From a virus: a stretch of 64,000 nt of DNA. The stretch is from IMG/VR virus record IMGVR_UViG_3300021138_001972, positions 1 to 64,000 of that record. The stretch is one strand, 5' to 3'. Positions 46,471 through 61,685 of the stretch are shown here, piece after piece (the first letter of the stretch is position 1; the number at the start of each line of letters is the position of its first letter). A program made the position numbers and the translations under genes. The notes beneath the pieces were generated by a model. It had not been told where the DNA came from and did not search any database. It was given only the letters and a program-made list of their open reading frames with translations.

Positions 46471-48516
46471 ATGCGTAATTTCATTGCCATTATGTTGCTT
46501 TTGCTAGCTGGTCCGGCCGCTGCACAGACATTTACACAGGGCTATTACGTGCCCATCGGTCAATATTATGTGAGTTGGGCGTTGCCCACTATAAATCTCA
46601 GCGCAGCGCAGTCTCGAGGATTGACTGGAAAGGGTATCACGGTTGCTGTATTTGATACTGGGCTTACCAACAGTTACAAGTTCCTGGGCAACACAGCGGG
46701 TCCCAGTTACAACATCTACACGGGCGGCGCTGTAAACAGCGACGGCAACGGGCACGGTACTTTCGTTAGCAGCATCATCGCTGCTAACACGCAGACACAG
46801 CCTGGACAGATGACCATGTACGGCGTGGCATCAAGTGCTAAGATCATGCCCATCCAGGTCATGGATAGCACAGGGTCTGGCACATGGACTGATCAACAGT
46901 TGGCCAACGGTATCACCTTTGCTACCAACAATGGTGCCAAGGTTTTTAACAATAGCTGGGGCAGCAACCTCATGCAGAGCCAGGTCAACACTGCCACGGT
47001 ATTGAGCCAGAACGCTCGGACTATCGCAGCCTATGAGAACGCTGCTGCACACGGTGCGGTCACGGTGTTCGCTGCAGGCAATTACAGCACGACCAGTCCC
47101 GATTATTATGCAACCTTGCCCAGCATTGACAGCAAGCTAGCTGGCACGTGGTTGGTGGCTGTGGCAACTGATACCAATGGTGCTATCGCCAGCTACAGCA
47201 ACCAATGCGGCATAGCCAAGGCCTATTGTCTGGCAGCACCCGGCAGCAACATACTGGGAATATACGGCACACAGCTGGCTATCGGTAGTGGCACCAGCTT
47301 TGCTGCACCAATGGTAGCAGGCGGCGTGGCACTGCTGGAACAGGAATGGCCCTATCTCACAGGCAGCCAGATCACCAGCATCCTCTTGCGCACAGCTACC
47401 AAGACAGGTATCTATGCCAACTCCAACATCTACGGCCAAGGCATGATGAACTTGGCCGCGGCAACTGCACCACAGGGCACTGTCGTGGTCCCAACCGGAG
47501 CAACTGTGGCAAGCGGTGCAGTGCCTCTGAACCAGAGTGGCCTCAGCCTTCCTGCGGGATTTGGCAAGATAGCCGCAGCTGGCAACAGCATGATGGTGCT
47601 GGATGATTACGGTCGTGCCTACAGCGTGAGCATGAGCAGCATGGTCGGTGGCACACAAAGCTGGGTCAACATGGACACACAGATGGCACGCTTTGGTGCT
47701 GATCAAACTATCACTGAGCTACCGGGTGGGTGGAAGCTTGGATTAGTAGATGATGCTAATCTCGCCGAGCACGCAACTGTGCCAACGGCTATAGCAGGAC
47801 TGGGTAACCCATATCTCAGCATGGGCATGGATCAGAAGATGGTGGCGAGCACACCTAGTATGACCACTTGGTTCAGCACACATACCTATGCAGCAGGAGA
47901 TGATCAATCACTGATGGGCACTGCTACCCAACCCAGCATTGCAGGCGCACTCTATCGCTGGGGCGATCTACAGCTAGGCTTGGTACACGAATCTAATAGC
48001 ATCTACGGGCAGCAGGTTGCAGCAGGATCAAGCATGGCGACCAGTGCAGACACTGCATTCGTTGCACTAGATCGTGGACTATCTCTGGGCAGTGGTTTCA
48101 GCCTGGATCTCAGTGCCAGCATCGGTTACAGCAAACTGGGTGGTACTAACCAACTGGTAGATAACATGAGCCAGATCGTGTTGGCCAGTGCAGCTGTGGG
48201 ATTCAGCAAGAGCGCAGTGTTCAGTGACAGCGATCGCCTAGGCGTGGTTGCGAGCATGCCAAACCATACAGTCAGTGGTAGCGCAGTGCTAAATGTGCCC
48301 GCGAGTCGCGACATGGACGGTAACATCACTTATCAGTCACAGACACTGGATTTGGTTGGTACTGGTACCGAAACTGACCTGCAAGCATACTGGACCAATA
48401 GCTTCCGCCAAGGCAACAAGCTCAGCCTAGCAGCTGGCGTGCGCTTGCAACCAGACGGCAATGCTGATGCTGCACCAGATGGCATTGCTATGCTGCGTTG
48501 GAATTTACAGTTTTGA
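46471..48516 (+). CDS. Subtilisin (S8) serine protease with signal peptide and beta-rich C-terminal domain (autotransporter-like)
   Basis: VAVFDTG, HGTFV, AAGN, GTSFAAP triad motifs; ends in alternating MLRWNLQF. Confidence 0.88.
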   Translation: MRNFIAIMLLLLAGPAAAQTFTQGYYVPIGQYYVSWALPTINLSAAQSRGLTGKGITVAVFDTGLTNSYKFLGNTAGPSYNIYTGGAVNSDGNGHGTFVSSIIAANTQTQPGQMTMYGVASSAKIMPIQVMDSTGSGTWTDQQLANGITFATNNGAKVFNNSWGSNLMQSQVNTATVLSQNARTIAAYENAAAHGAVTVFAAGNYSTTSPDYYATLPSIDSKLAGTWLVAVATDTNGAIASYSNQCGIAKAYCLAAPGSNILGIYGTQLAIGSGTSFAAPMVAGGVALLEQEWPYLTGSQITSILLRTATKTGIYANSNIYGQGMMNLAAATAPQGTVVVPTGATVASGAVPLNQSGLSLPAGFGKIAAAGNSMMVLDDYGRAYSVSMSSMVGGTQSWVNMDTQMARFGADQTITELPGGWKLGLVDDANLAEHATVPTAIAGLGNPYLSMGMDQKMVASTPSMTTWFSTHTYAAGDDQSLMGTATQPSIAGALYRWGDLQLGLVHESNSIYGQQVAAGSSMATSADTAFVALDRGLSLGSGFSLDLSASIGYSKLGGTNQLVDNMSQIVLASAAVGFSKSAVFSDSDRLGVVASMPNHTVSGSAVLNVPASRDMDGNITYQSQTLDLVGTGTETDLQAYWTNSFRQGNKLSLAAGVRLQPDGNADAAPDGIAMLRWNLQF

Positions 48517-48552
48517 ATCAAGCTGATCGTACACTGCGATCAAGGAGATCCA

Positions 48553-48774
48553 GTGATGATCAATGAAAAGGCACCAAAGAACCGCGTTTACATAGAATGC
48601 AGTGACACTGCACGGCGAGTCAAAGGTACCATAATACGCAAGGAACTGGCAGAGCTGGAGGTAGAGATGCCCACTGGATTTGTGATGAAAATGAAGCGCA
48701 AGAACAAGCGTAGCCCATTCATCATGCGTTTAGGCTTATTAGAATTCTACAGTGATGGCAAGGAAATCAGTTAA
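48553..48774 (+). CDS. Hypothetical protein
   Basis: 73 aa; AGGAG SD. Confidence 0.7.
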   Translation: MMINEKAPKNRVYIECSDTARRVKGTIIRKELAELEVEMPTGFVMKMKRKNKRSPFIMRLGLLEFYSDGKEIS

Positions 48775-49136
48775 ACGGTTACTGTAGAACCAGTGAACAC
48801 GAAACTGGTATAACCTTTCTGGCTATAGATGAACAGGCTCTCACCGCTAGCTAGATTTATATCCTGTAGCTGTGCTACTTGATTAGGCGGTACCTGCGTG
48901 TCATACATCACGTATCCAGTCTGATACAGTATTAGATTTGAACTCAGTCCTACTCTGATATAATCAGTGTCCCGTCCTAGATCAATAGGTATGCTACCAT
49001 TGTCAACCTGAGGATTGCCTTGGTTGACTATCAGCAGCTGGCCTTGCACACCTAGATTGCTGCCATAAGGGGCAGTGTACATCCTTACGGTGTCGTATTG
49101 CGATGGCTTTAGCTCTTGGAATATCTGGAACGTCAT
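48771..49136 (-). CDS. Hypothetical late (probably structural) beta-rich protein
   Basis: TAAATA at 49152-49157 and GAGGT SD. Confidence 0.65.
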   Translation of the reverse strand: MTFQIFQELKPSQYDTVRMYTAPYGSNLGVQGQLLIVNQGNPQVDNGSIPIDLGRDTDYIRVGLSSNLILYQTGYVMYDTQVPPNQVAQLQDINLASGESLFIYSQKGYTSFVFTGSTVTV

Positions 49137-49161
49137 TGATACCTCTGGCAGTATTTAACTG

Positions 49162-49824
49162 CTATACCAGTCCGGCTTTGACCATACCGTGGTTGAAACT
49201 TACCGTACCCAGATGCTGCAGCTCACGGCTGAGCGCATCGTCGATCAGTATCTCGTAGCCTAGCTTGATTGCCTGCTGGCAGAAATAGAAATCTTCGCCC
49301 ATGTGATCCTGTGTCTCGGGTATCCATGTGGTTTGGAAACGAGGTCTGGCCATCTGCTGTATCACGTCTGTCTTGACTAACATGCAGCCCATGCCCACTG
49401 CTGCTACGCTGATGAGGTCTTGCTTGCCGTCATTGATCACATAGCTGCGCCAGTCATGCATCTCACGGTATGCCACTGTCTTGTGCGGATATTGCCGTGT
49501 GACATAGTTTCCTGCTACCACGGCTGCATCATGCGCTAGCAATCTCTGTATAGTATCAGGCGGGAACATCATATCACTGTCTAACCACATGATGTGAGTG
49601 CTGCCTGCTTCAATAGCCATCTCAGCAAGCTGATCGCGCTGGTTTACGATCAGAGTTCCTATGCAGAAATGTGGTGTAACTTCTGTGCCAATCATCTGGC
49701 AATGCTGCATGAGCTTGGCTAGATCAAAAGCAAATGCTGCGTGCACTGTATCGCGGCAGGGCACACAGATGCTGATCTTGGCAGGTTGGATGCGTCCTAG
49801 CGCACGCTTCATCATGCCTGACAT
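49162..49824 (-). CDS. GT-A/GT2-like glycosyltransferase
   Basis: WLDSDM (DxD), GMGCMLV, GEDFYFC. Confidence 0.78.
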   Translation of the reverse strand: MSGMMKRALGRIQPAKISICVPCRDTVHAAFAFDLAKLMQHCQMIGTEVTPHFCIGTLIVNQRDQLAEMAIEAGSTHIMWLDSDMMFPPDTIQRLLAHDAAVVAGNYVTRQYPHKTVAYREMHDWRSYVINDGKQDLISVAAVGMGCMLVKTDVIQQMARPRFQTTWIPETQDHMGEDFYFCQQAIKLGYEILIDDALSRELQHLGTVSFNHGMVKAGLV

Positions 49825-49827
49825 GTG

Positions 49828-50547
49828 TTACTTTTTCTTCTTTTTCTTCTTTTTCTCTTTGCTGTCAGCGTCCGATGCAGCTTCCACCGCTTCAAACATC
49901 TTATCGCGTAGCTCGGCCATCTCAGCTACTGCATCTGGCAACACTTCCGGAGCCTGGGTCGGCATGCTAGGAGGTCTATTCACAGCAACGCTGTTCTCAG
50001 CCTGTTCTGCAGTCTTCTTGAGGAATCCAGCGAATTGATTGGTGATGATCACGCTCTTCTTGTAGTCAGCCAATGGCAGCATACTGGCCTGCATGAGGCT
50101 GGACTTACTGGCTTGCTTGTCCGTGAGCACTTCTACACCTATTTCGCGTCCCAGCGTCTCGCTCCAGCTATCACCTTCGTTGAGCTCCAGCCCGCGTATG
50201 ACATCTTCAAATTCACTGTCGTCGTAGACATCTAACCATGCATCGACCTGCGCCATCTGCTGCACCAGATCGCTGCGGTCGCGATTTAGCTGATTGTTAT
50301 TGGCTGCTACTATACGAGCCTGTATGGCCTGTTCGTTGGTATCGACTATTCGGGACACTGCATATTCTGCCAGCTCTATCTCTGCGGCGATCTTGTCAAT
50401 AGCGTCTGCTAGGCTTTCCTTCTGCCTCAGCGCATAGCGCATCTGTCGATGCCAGCTACCCTGTGATTCTATCTCGAAATTGCGGAATTCATAATCAGTC
50501 CTGCTGGGAATCTTATCCAACAGCTCTCGAGTCTTTGCGATATCCAT
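49828..50547 (-). CDS. Coiled-coil hypothetical protein with poly-Lys tail
   Basis: Start MDIAK after GGAG; ends KEKKKKKKK. Confidence 0.7.
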   Translation of the reverse strand: MDIAKTRELLDKIPSRTDYEFRNFEIESQGSWHRQMRYALRQKESLADAIDKIAAEIELAEYAVSRIVDTNEQAIQARIVAANNNQLNRDRSDLVQQMAQVDAWLDVYDDSEFEDVIRGLELNEGDSWSETLGREIGVEVLTDKQASKSSLMQASMLPLADYKKSVIITNQFAGFLKKTAEQAENSVAVNRPPSMPTQAPEVLPDAVAEMAELRDKMFEAVEAASDADSKEKKKKKKKK

Positions 50548-50606
50548 GTCAGTCTCCGGTGTGAACTCACTAGAGTTTAGGCACCGTTGCACATAAGGTC
50601 AAGTTA

Positions 50607-50816
50607 TCAAACGTAATTGAAAGGTCCAACCCTGCCGCCAAAGGTAGCGCTCAATGGCGTTATCTGGCCTGCAGTACGCAGGCCTGATTTGGTAACACCT
50701 AGCACAGCATTGAGGCTTACATTGGTGCTGGCTGCCGGTAATGCACCAGCTGTGTAAGCCGCCCATACGCCACCCATCCTGATTGCAGTGCCTGTAGCTG
50801 GGATTGCGGTTACCAT
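50607..50816 (-). CDS. Small Gly/Ala-rich protein, probably tail-fibre associated
   Basis: GAGGT SD; lies downstream of a tail fibre gene. Confidence 0.6.
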   Translation of the reverse strand: MVTAIPATGTAIRMGGVWAAYTAGALPAASTNVSLNAVLGVTKSGLRTAGQITPLSATFGGRVGPFNYV

Positions 50817-50901
50817 TGATACCTCATGCCGTGATCACAGATTATATCAGTTATGTAGCCTGAAAGTCTATCTACCTGCTGCTTTTTCATCGCTCGAGTT
50901 C

Positions 50902-52357
50902 TCACGGATGTGTATCTTTGTAAGCAGAAAAATCAGCTGCGAGCGCATCGTGCTTGGCATTCAGCTCCTGTAGAGCCTTGACCAACAGAGGTATCAGTGC
51001 TGTTTCACCAAGACCCAAGAATGGTTCTGCTGTGCCATCTAACAGCGTAGTACTGTTCTCATACACGATGCTATCAATGTAAGCGGTGTCTTTCAACACT
51101 GTCTGTACATCTTGTGCTATAAAACCAACCTTGGTACCTTGGGTGAAGTTGTGCACCGGATGCGGCTTCCAATCAAAGGTCACAGGATTGAGGCTCATCA
51201 CCATGTCCAGAGTCGATCCCAGAGGCGTGATGTTATCTTTATACTGTTGGTCAGATGTAGCTATAGTTGCACTTGTAGCAAAGATTTGGCTGTTAACCTG
51301 CAATCGATAATTGCCGTTGGATGCAGTGTATCCTATCAATAGGTTACCAGCATTGCCAGTGGCAGGGAATGCTTGTACCAATCGCATCTGTTCAGTGTAG
51401 ACTTCTGCACCAACAGTGCCACTGTAAGTACTGAACACTAATGCATTGCCGAATCCAATACCAATGTTGCTGCCGCCCGATGCGCTGTTAGCAAATTGTA
51501 TGCCGCCTGCATTGGTTCCAGCACCATCTACAACTATAGTAGCTGTGCTGCCAGATGGCAGTGTTGTTGGTCCAACTAGTAGATTGCCTTGCCCACTGAG
51601 CTGCATGATATTAGTGGTTCCGGCGTACCATTTGAACTGACGTGTGGTAACAGTGCTTGGTATGCTGTACCATAGCGTGCCGCTTTCTATGCCCAGGGCA
51701 AAGTCAGTGGCTGCTGGGCCAATAGCTGGATATAACAGCAGTTTGGTTCCCGCTGACCGTGTGGTAAACGTTGGAGCAGCTATACCGTTGACGTTCCATG
51801 CAATGCTGTTCTGCACAGCATTGGTCAGTGATATGTTGCTACCGGCCACTATTACGTTGCTGCCAACGAATAAGTTGCCTGCTATGCCGGCACCGCCTGT
51901 GGTCTGTATCGCACCACTCACAGTCGATGTAGCTGCTGCAGTGTTGAATACTATGACAGCATTGGTTACGGTGCCGCCGTTCCAAGTAGGACCTGTTTCA
52001 CCGATAGGACCAGTAGGACCTATGTAACCTGTTGGACCAGTGATACTTGGACCAGTTGGACCTGTGTATCCGATTGGTCCGGGTACCGTGCTGGTAGCAC
52101 CAGTTGGGCCAGTTGCACCTGTGTTAGCTGCTGTACCTGCTGCACCAGTAGCACCTCTGAGGCCAGTAGGACCAGTTGCACCAGTGTTCACTGCCGTACC
52201 AGCGATGCCTTGCGGGCCCTGCACGCCTGTGGGGCCAGTTGCACCAGTGTTTACTGCTGTACCTGGGGTGCCGCTTGGACCCGTAGGCCCTCCTAGCGGG
52301 CCGGTTGGGCCAGTAGGTCCTTGTATGTCTACCACGGGATAAGAATAAACGCTCATG
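50902..52357 (-). CDS. Collagen-like tail fibre with C-terminal intramolecular chaperone (peptidase S74)
   Basis: G-P-T/G-A-T triplets; [34 protein letters not shown]; start taken at MSVYSYP. Confidence 0.88.
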
Positions 52358-52403
52358 AGCACTCGCAGGATTGATCTTGGATATTTAGCCCATAAATATC
52401 TGC

Positions 52404-52880
52404 ATGGTCTACTATCCTTTACCTCTGACACCGCCGGGCGTGAACATCCGACAGGACTACAGTCCTACCAATCAATACACCATACCGCAATCTCAGACGG
52501 ATTGCTGGCCCATGCGCTTGGCGCCAGACTGGCAGCAGTGTGTGATAGCTGCAAATCAAAGCACATTTTGGAGCCAGCAACAGGGTACCATGCTGCTGTG
52601 GCTCAGCATAGACCCCAATGGCATCAACGTGATCCCGCCAGGATTTGCTGGCAATCGCATCAATCTCAACGGTCTGGGCAACACTGTGTGCTACTATGCT
52701 GACACTCTCAGCGCCGATCAGATAAAACCTGCGCAGGCTGCATGGCCTCTGAACGTGAACCAGCTGGGCACTGGATCAATTCCCGCATACTGGTTGAATA
52801 TACAGAACATCGACAACACTCAGAACGCCTACTATCTGCAGTTCCACTACTACAACCAGTACACCTTCTTCATACAATAA
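52404..52880 (+). CDS. Hypothetical late protein
   Basis: TAAATA-5 nt-ATG; rich in N, Q and Y. Confidence 0.7.
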   Translation: MVYYPLPLTPPGVNIRQDYSPTNQYTIPQSQTDCWPMRLAPDWQQCVIAANQSTFWSQQQGTMLLWLSIDPNGINVIPPGFAGNRINLNGLGNTVCYYADTLSADQIKPAQAAWPLNVNQLGTGSIPAYWLNIQNIDNTQNAYYLQFHYYNQYTFFIQ

Positions 52881-52883
52881 CGG

Positions 52884-52912
52884 TAGACAGTGTGTCATAA
52901 TCATGCTATATT
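52884..52912 (+). promoter_or_regulatory. Sigma70-type promoter TAGACA-17-TATATT (TGCTATATT), leaderless
   Basis: ATG 52919 is 6 nt after the -10 box; no SD. Confidence 0.65.
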
Positions 52913-52918
52913 TCTAGC

Positions 52919-53737
52919 ATGAGCACACGCAAATTCCTCCGAGAAGTCACGGTACTTGACACCGAAACCACTAACTTAATCGCCGATCAAGCTGAGATCG
53001 TGGAGCTGGCTGCTGCTCGCTTCAACGATCGAGACGGTTGGGTGATCAGAGATAGGTTGTTCAACGCCCGCAATGGCATACCACCAGCTGCCAGCGCCAA
53101 GAACAACATTGGCCCAAGGATGATCCGAGATCAGCCCTATTGGGATCAATGTGTCAGTGAAATCAAACACATGCTGAACTGGGATAGTGCTAGATACTTC
53201 GTAGCACACAACTGCAGTTATGATCAATCTGTGCTGGCTGTGGCCTGGGATCGCTGTGGTAGCGCAGCAGACGTTGCTAGCTCGCGCAACCAGTCAGAAT
53301 GGATCTGTACCTGGCGGCTAAGCAAGCACATACTAGCGCATGATTTTGGAGATATCGAGTATGGACTCAATTACCTCAGATATCTGCTTGATCTACCTGT
53401 ACCTGATGATCACGTTAGCCATAGGGCGGGTGCTGACACTCTAATCTGTGCGCTGCTGTTGGAACGGCTGATTGGCATCGCTGTGGAGAAAGACCTGATC
53501 AGCCTTGGCACAGATGTGGGCGCACAGCTGCATGCACTGTGCTGGAGCACAATTCCCATCGTGTCATGGCCTTTTGGCAAGTATCGAGGCGTGGCACTCT
53601 CAGAGATACCGGATGACTATTGGGTCTGGGCACTCAAGAATCTGCCAGCACTGAATGACACAGACGCAGGCTACGACCGCGATCTAGCAGAAAATATTAG
53701 GCTGCTACTGGAAGCACGGCTGGCCGACGCAGTCTGA
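52919..53737 (+). CDS. DEDDh 3'-5' exonuclease (ExoX/DnaQ-like)
   Basis: LDTETT, VAHNCSYD, HRAGAD; C-terminal PFGKYRG module. Confidence 0.9.
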   Translation: MSTRKFLREVTVLDTETTNLIADQAEIVELAAARFNDRDGWVIRDRLFNARNGIPPAASAKNNIGPRMIRDQPYWDQCVSEIKHMLNWDSARYFVAHNCSYDQSVLAVAWDRCGSAADVASSRNQSEWICTWRLSKHILAHDFGDIEYGLNYLRYLLDLPVPDDHVSHRAGADTLICALLLERLIGIAVEKDLISLGTDVGAQLHALCWSTIPIVSWPFGKYRGVALSEIPDDYWVWALKNLPALNDTDAGYDRDLAENIRLLLEARLADAV

Positions 53738-54227
53738 TCAGCTTCGCAGCCTTGAGCAGCTTGCGCATGTGCACACGCTTGCCCCAATCATAGCTTTCGC
53801 GATGAGTCTCGCGGAAGCCCCACTGCCTATAAATCTTGAGGTTGCGCGACATCTTGCTGTTGGTGTATAACCTAACTTCGTCATAGCCCAGCTCACGTGC
53901 CTTGCTCTCAGCAAAAGCCAGTGCTTGCTGTCCCAGTCCCTGACCTTGATGATCAGGATTCACACACAGCGCTTGTATCATCAGGTGATCATCGGCAGGA
54001 GTTAGCACTACCATGGCATTCACACCTGCTGTGCTGTCCAGCAACCAGAGGTTCTTGGCTGCTATGTGGTGATCAAAGTTTTCAAGGAAAGTAGGCGGTG
54101 TGCGTCCTAGCAGCGGTATGTAGGCTGCGTAGGCATGGTACACGATGTGCCAAACATGGTGCATGTCAACGAAGGTGGCACGTCGGAATGGAGCTGGCTC
54201 TGTGCCAGACTGAGGTAGGTTGTACAC
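53697..54227 (-). CDS. GNAT acetyltransferase
   Basis: VNPDHQGQGLG; LYTNSKM.RN..IY..WGF. Confidence 0.88.
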   Translation of the reverse strand: MYNLPQSGTEPAPFRRATFVDMHHVWHIVYHAYAAYIPLLGRTPPTFLENFDHHIAAKNLWLLDSTAGVNAMVVLTPADDHLMIQALCVNPDHQGQGLGQQALAFAESKARELGYDEVRLYTNSKMSRNLKIYRQWGFRETHRESYDWGKRVHMRKLLKAAKLIRLRRPAVLPVAA

Positions 54228-54343
54228 TGCATGTAACCTCCTGCTCCTGGATCACTTGTATACCCAGGTCCTAAAGTGAATCTATTTAGTGATCTCGGTG
54301 TATCACTGGCAATATAATTGCGATTATCGGAGATAACATTCAC

Positions 54344-55042
54344 ATGGACGACAAGGTCAAGATAGCAGTACTTTTCAGAGGACCTGTGCGTCCAACAGTG
54401 CAGAGCACCGTGGCTCGCTGTAGTGAATTCATGGCCCAGATGTCTAACATACAAAATGCCACAGTAACTACCTATCTAGCCACATGGCGAGGATGGAAGA
54501 ACAACACCGCAGCCGAGCTGCTGGCCACAGATATGTTCGACAATGTTATCATGCAGACTGAGCCAACAGATGCACAGATTGAACGTGCAACCAAGATCAA
54601 GAACCTTCCTAACGGTGCTGAGATACGTCCTGTTTTCAACATGTACTATCAGAGCAAGACTGCGTTGGACATGATAGCACAAGCAGACGATTACCATTAC
54701 ATCGTGCACACTCGCACTGATATTGCCATGCAACTTGGGCAGTTCCTGCCACAATGGTTCGATAATAATGCTTATACTGCCCCGCACGTACCAGGTGTGT
54801 TAGCACCGCACGCACCTCATGTGCCAGCAGAAGAACAATGGATGTGCGATCAGTTCGGAGTTGCTACAACACCGATGATGCATGCCGCGTGGAATTACGG
54901 CAGCATCGCAGAGCTTGGACAGAGGATAGAAGCAGCAGATAAACCAGAAGCAGTGCTGCAAAACATGATCACCGAGCGTAACATACCAACAAAAGCGCCA
55001 CAGTATCTGGTTTGGCAGCTTGACCCGCAGCGCAATAGCTGA
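54344..55042 (+). CDS. Hypothetical protein, possibly glycan-related
   Basis: KIAVLFRG, YIVHTRTD and CDQF pattern reminiscent of GT-like proteins; assignment uncertain. Confidence 0.55.
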   Translation: MDDKVKIAVLFRGPVRPTVQSTVARCSEFMAQMSNIQNATVTTYLATWRGWKNNTAAELLATDMFDNVIMQTEPTDAQIERATKIKNLPNGAEIRPVFNMYYQSKTALDMIAQADDYHYIVHTRTDIAMQLGQFLPQWFDNNAYTAPHVPGVLAPHAPHVPAEEQWMCDQFGVATTPMMHAAWNYGSIAELGQRIEAADKPEAVLQNMITERNIPTKAPQYLVWQLDPQRNS

Positions 55043-55155
55043 TATAATTAGATACATAACGGATGGGGACAGTGCTTGCGAGATCCCGTCAGCATCCGAG
55101 ACAGCAAGAGCCACAGGCCTTTGGATAAAGGTATCAAGGAGGAAAAGTGCGGACA

Positions 55156-55506
55156 ATGACATACGTAGTTACAGATAATTGCATCAAGTGCAAATACATG
55201 GATTGTGTCTCTGTCTGCCCTTAGCTAGTAGATTGTTTCTACGAGGGCGACAACATGCTGGTGATCAATCCCAGCGAGTGCATAGATTGCGGTGTTTGCG
55301 AACCAGAATGCCCTGCTGATGCCATATTTCCTGACACCAACAAGAAGCAGGATCTCACGTCATGGTTGAAGTTAAATGATGACTACAGCAAGGCTTGGCC
55401 GCGAGTTACCAGGGCACGCCCACACGATCCGCTAGCCAAGGAATATGACGGCGAACCAGACAAGTTTTGGAAATACTTTTCCAAGGCCCCTGGACAGGGT
55501 GGTTGA
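55156..55506 (+). CDS. fdxA: 7Fe/8Fe ferredoxin interrupted by an in-frame TAG at 55222-55224 (recoded gene or pseudogene)
   Basis: [52 protein letters not shown]; AAGGAGG upstream. Confidence 0.85.
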
Positions 55507-55510
55507 TACC

Positions 55511-60919
<5,409 letters not shown>

Positions 60920-60955
60920 TTAGGCTGTCAACCTTAAACCAACATCCGAGATGTG

Positions 60956-61336
60956 TCAGGTATTCAATACTGTCCAGGCCATCGCAGCATACCACAGCGT
61001 GTGAGCTATTTGATCCATGCCCTGTAAGTGCCAGAATGCCCTGTCCTTGAGAGTCCATTCCATGCCAAAACGTATGCGGCTTTTGATATGATCTATGGCA
61101 TAATGGCACGCAAATTCTGCCAGTGCCAACAGTGCAGCTAGCTCTAACCCAGCAAATAGCACAGTGACCACAAAGCCTAGACCCGCATGATCGCAGCTGT
61201 GTATGAAGTTCTTGTAGCTGAACACGGGCAGCTTAGCAGTATCTCCGCCTGGTATGCGGCCCTGCAGCATGAGATCAGCGATGCTGTGTTTGATCAATAG
61301 CAGCGTTAGGTAAAGCAGTGCTGTGTTAGTGGTCAT
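60956..61336 (-). CDS. DUF3307-like membrane protein
   Basis: KHSIADLMLQ, HSCDH, HYAIDHIK, DQIAH. Confidence 0.8.
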   Translation of the reverse strand: MTTNTALLYLTLLLIKHSIADLMLQGRIPGGDTAKLPVFSYKNFIHSCDHAGLGFVVTVLFAGLELAALLALAEFACHYAIDHIKSRIRFGMEWTLKDRAFWHLQGMDQIAHTLWYAAMAWTVLNT

Positions 61337-61565
61337 GTGAGTCAGTGGCCAGTGCCACAGCCATCTTGTAACTATCATAAGCCAGCTTGACGTTGGGGTC
61401 TGATTCGCGCAGCTGTTTCTCCAGCTTGGCATCAGCCAAGTGTGCTCGAAGGTCTTCTAACATCTGCGTGAGCATGTAGCCAGCACTTACTGAGATGTCT
61501 ACACCACCGTAGCTGTCCATCTTTTGGATTTGTATCCAACCATCACCACTCACGTTCTTGATCAT
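61326..61565 (-). CDS. Hypothetical protein
   Basis: 79 aa; GGGAG SD. Confidence 0.7.
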   Translation of the reverse strand: MIKNVSGDGWIQIQKMDSYGGVDISVSAGYMLTQMLEDLRAHLADAKLEKQLRESDPNVKLAYDSYKMAVALATDSHDH

Positions 61566-61685
61566 GATTCGTCTCCCACAGCTGATTATGCCACAACAGC
61601 GGTATTATCGCAACTAGCTTATCATTATTTGCACATGCACAGATCTCATCTTAAATATAAACTAGGGTAAACAGCAGGAAACACT

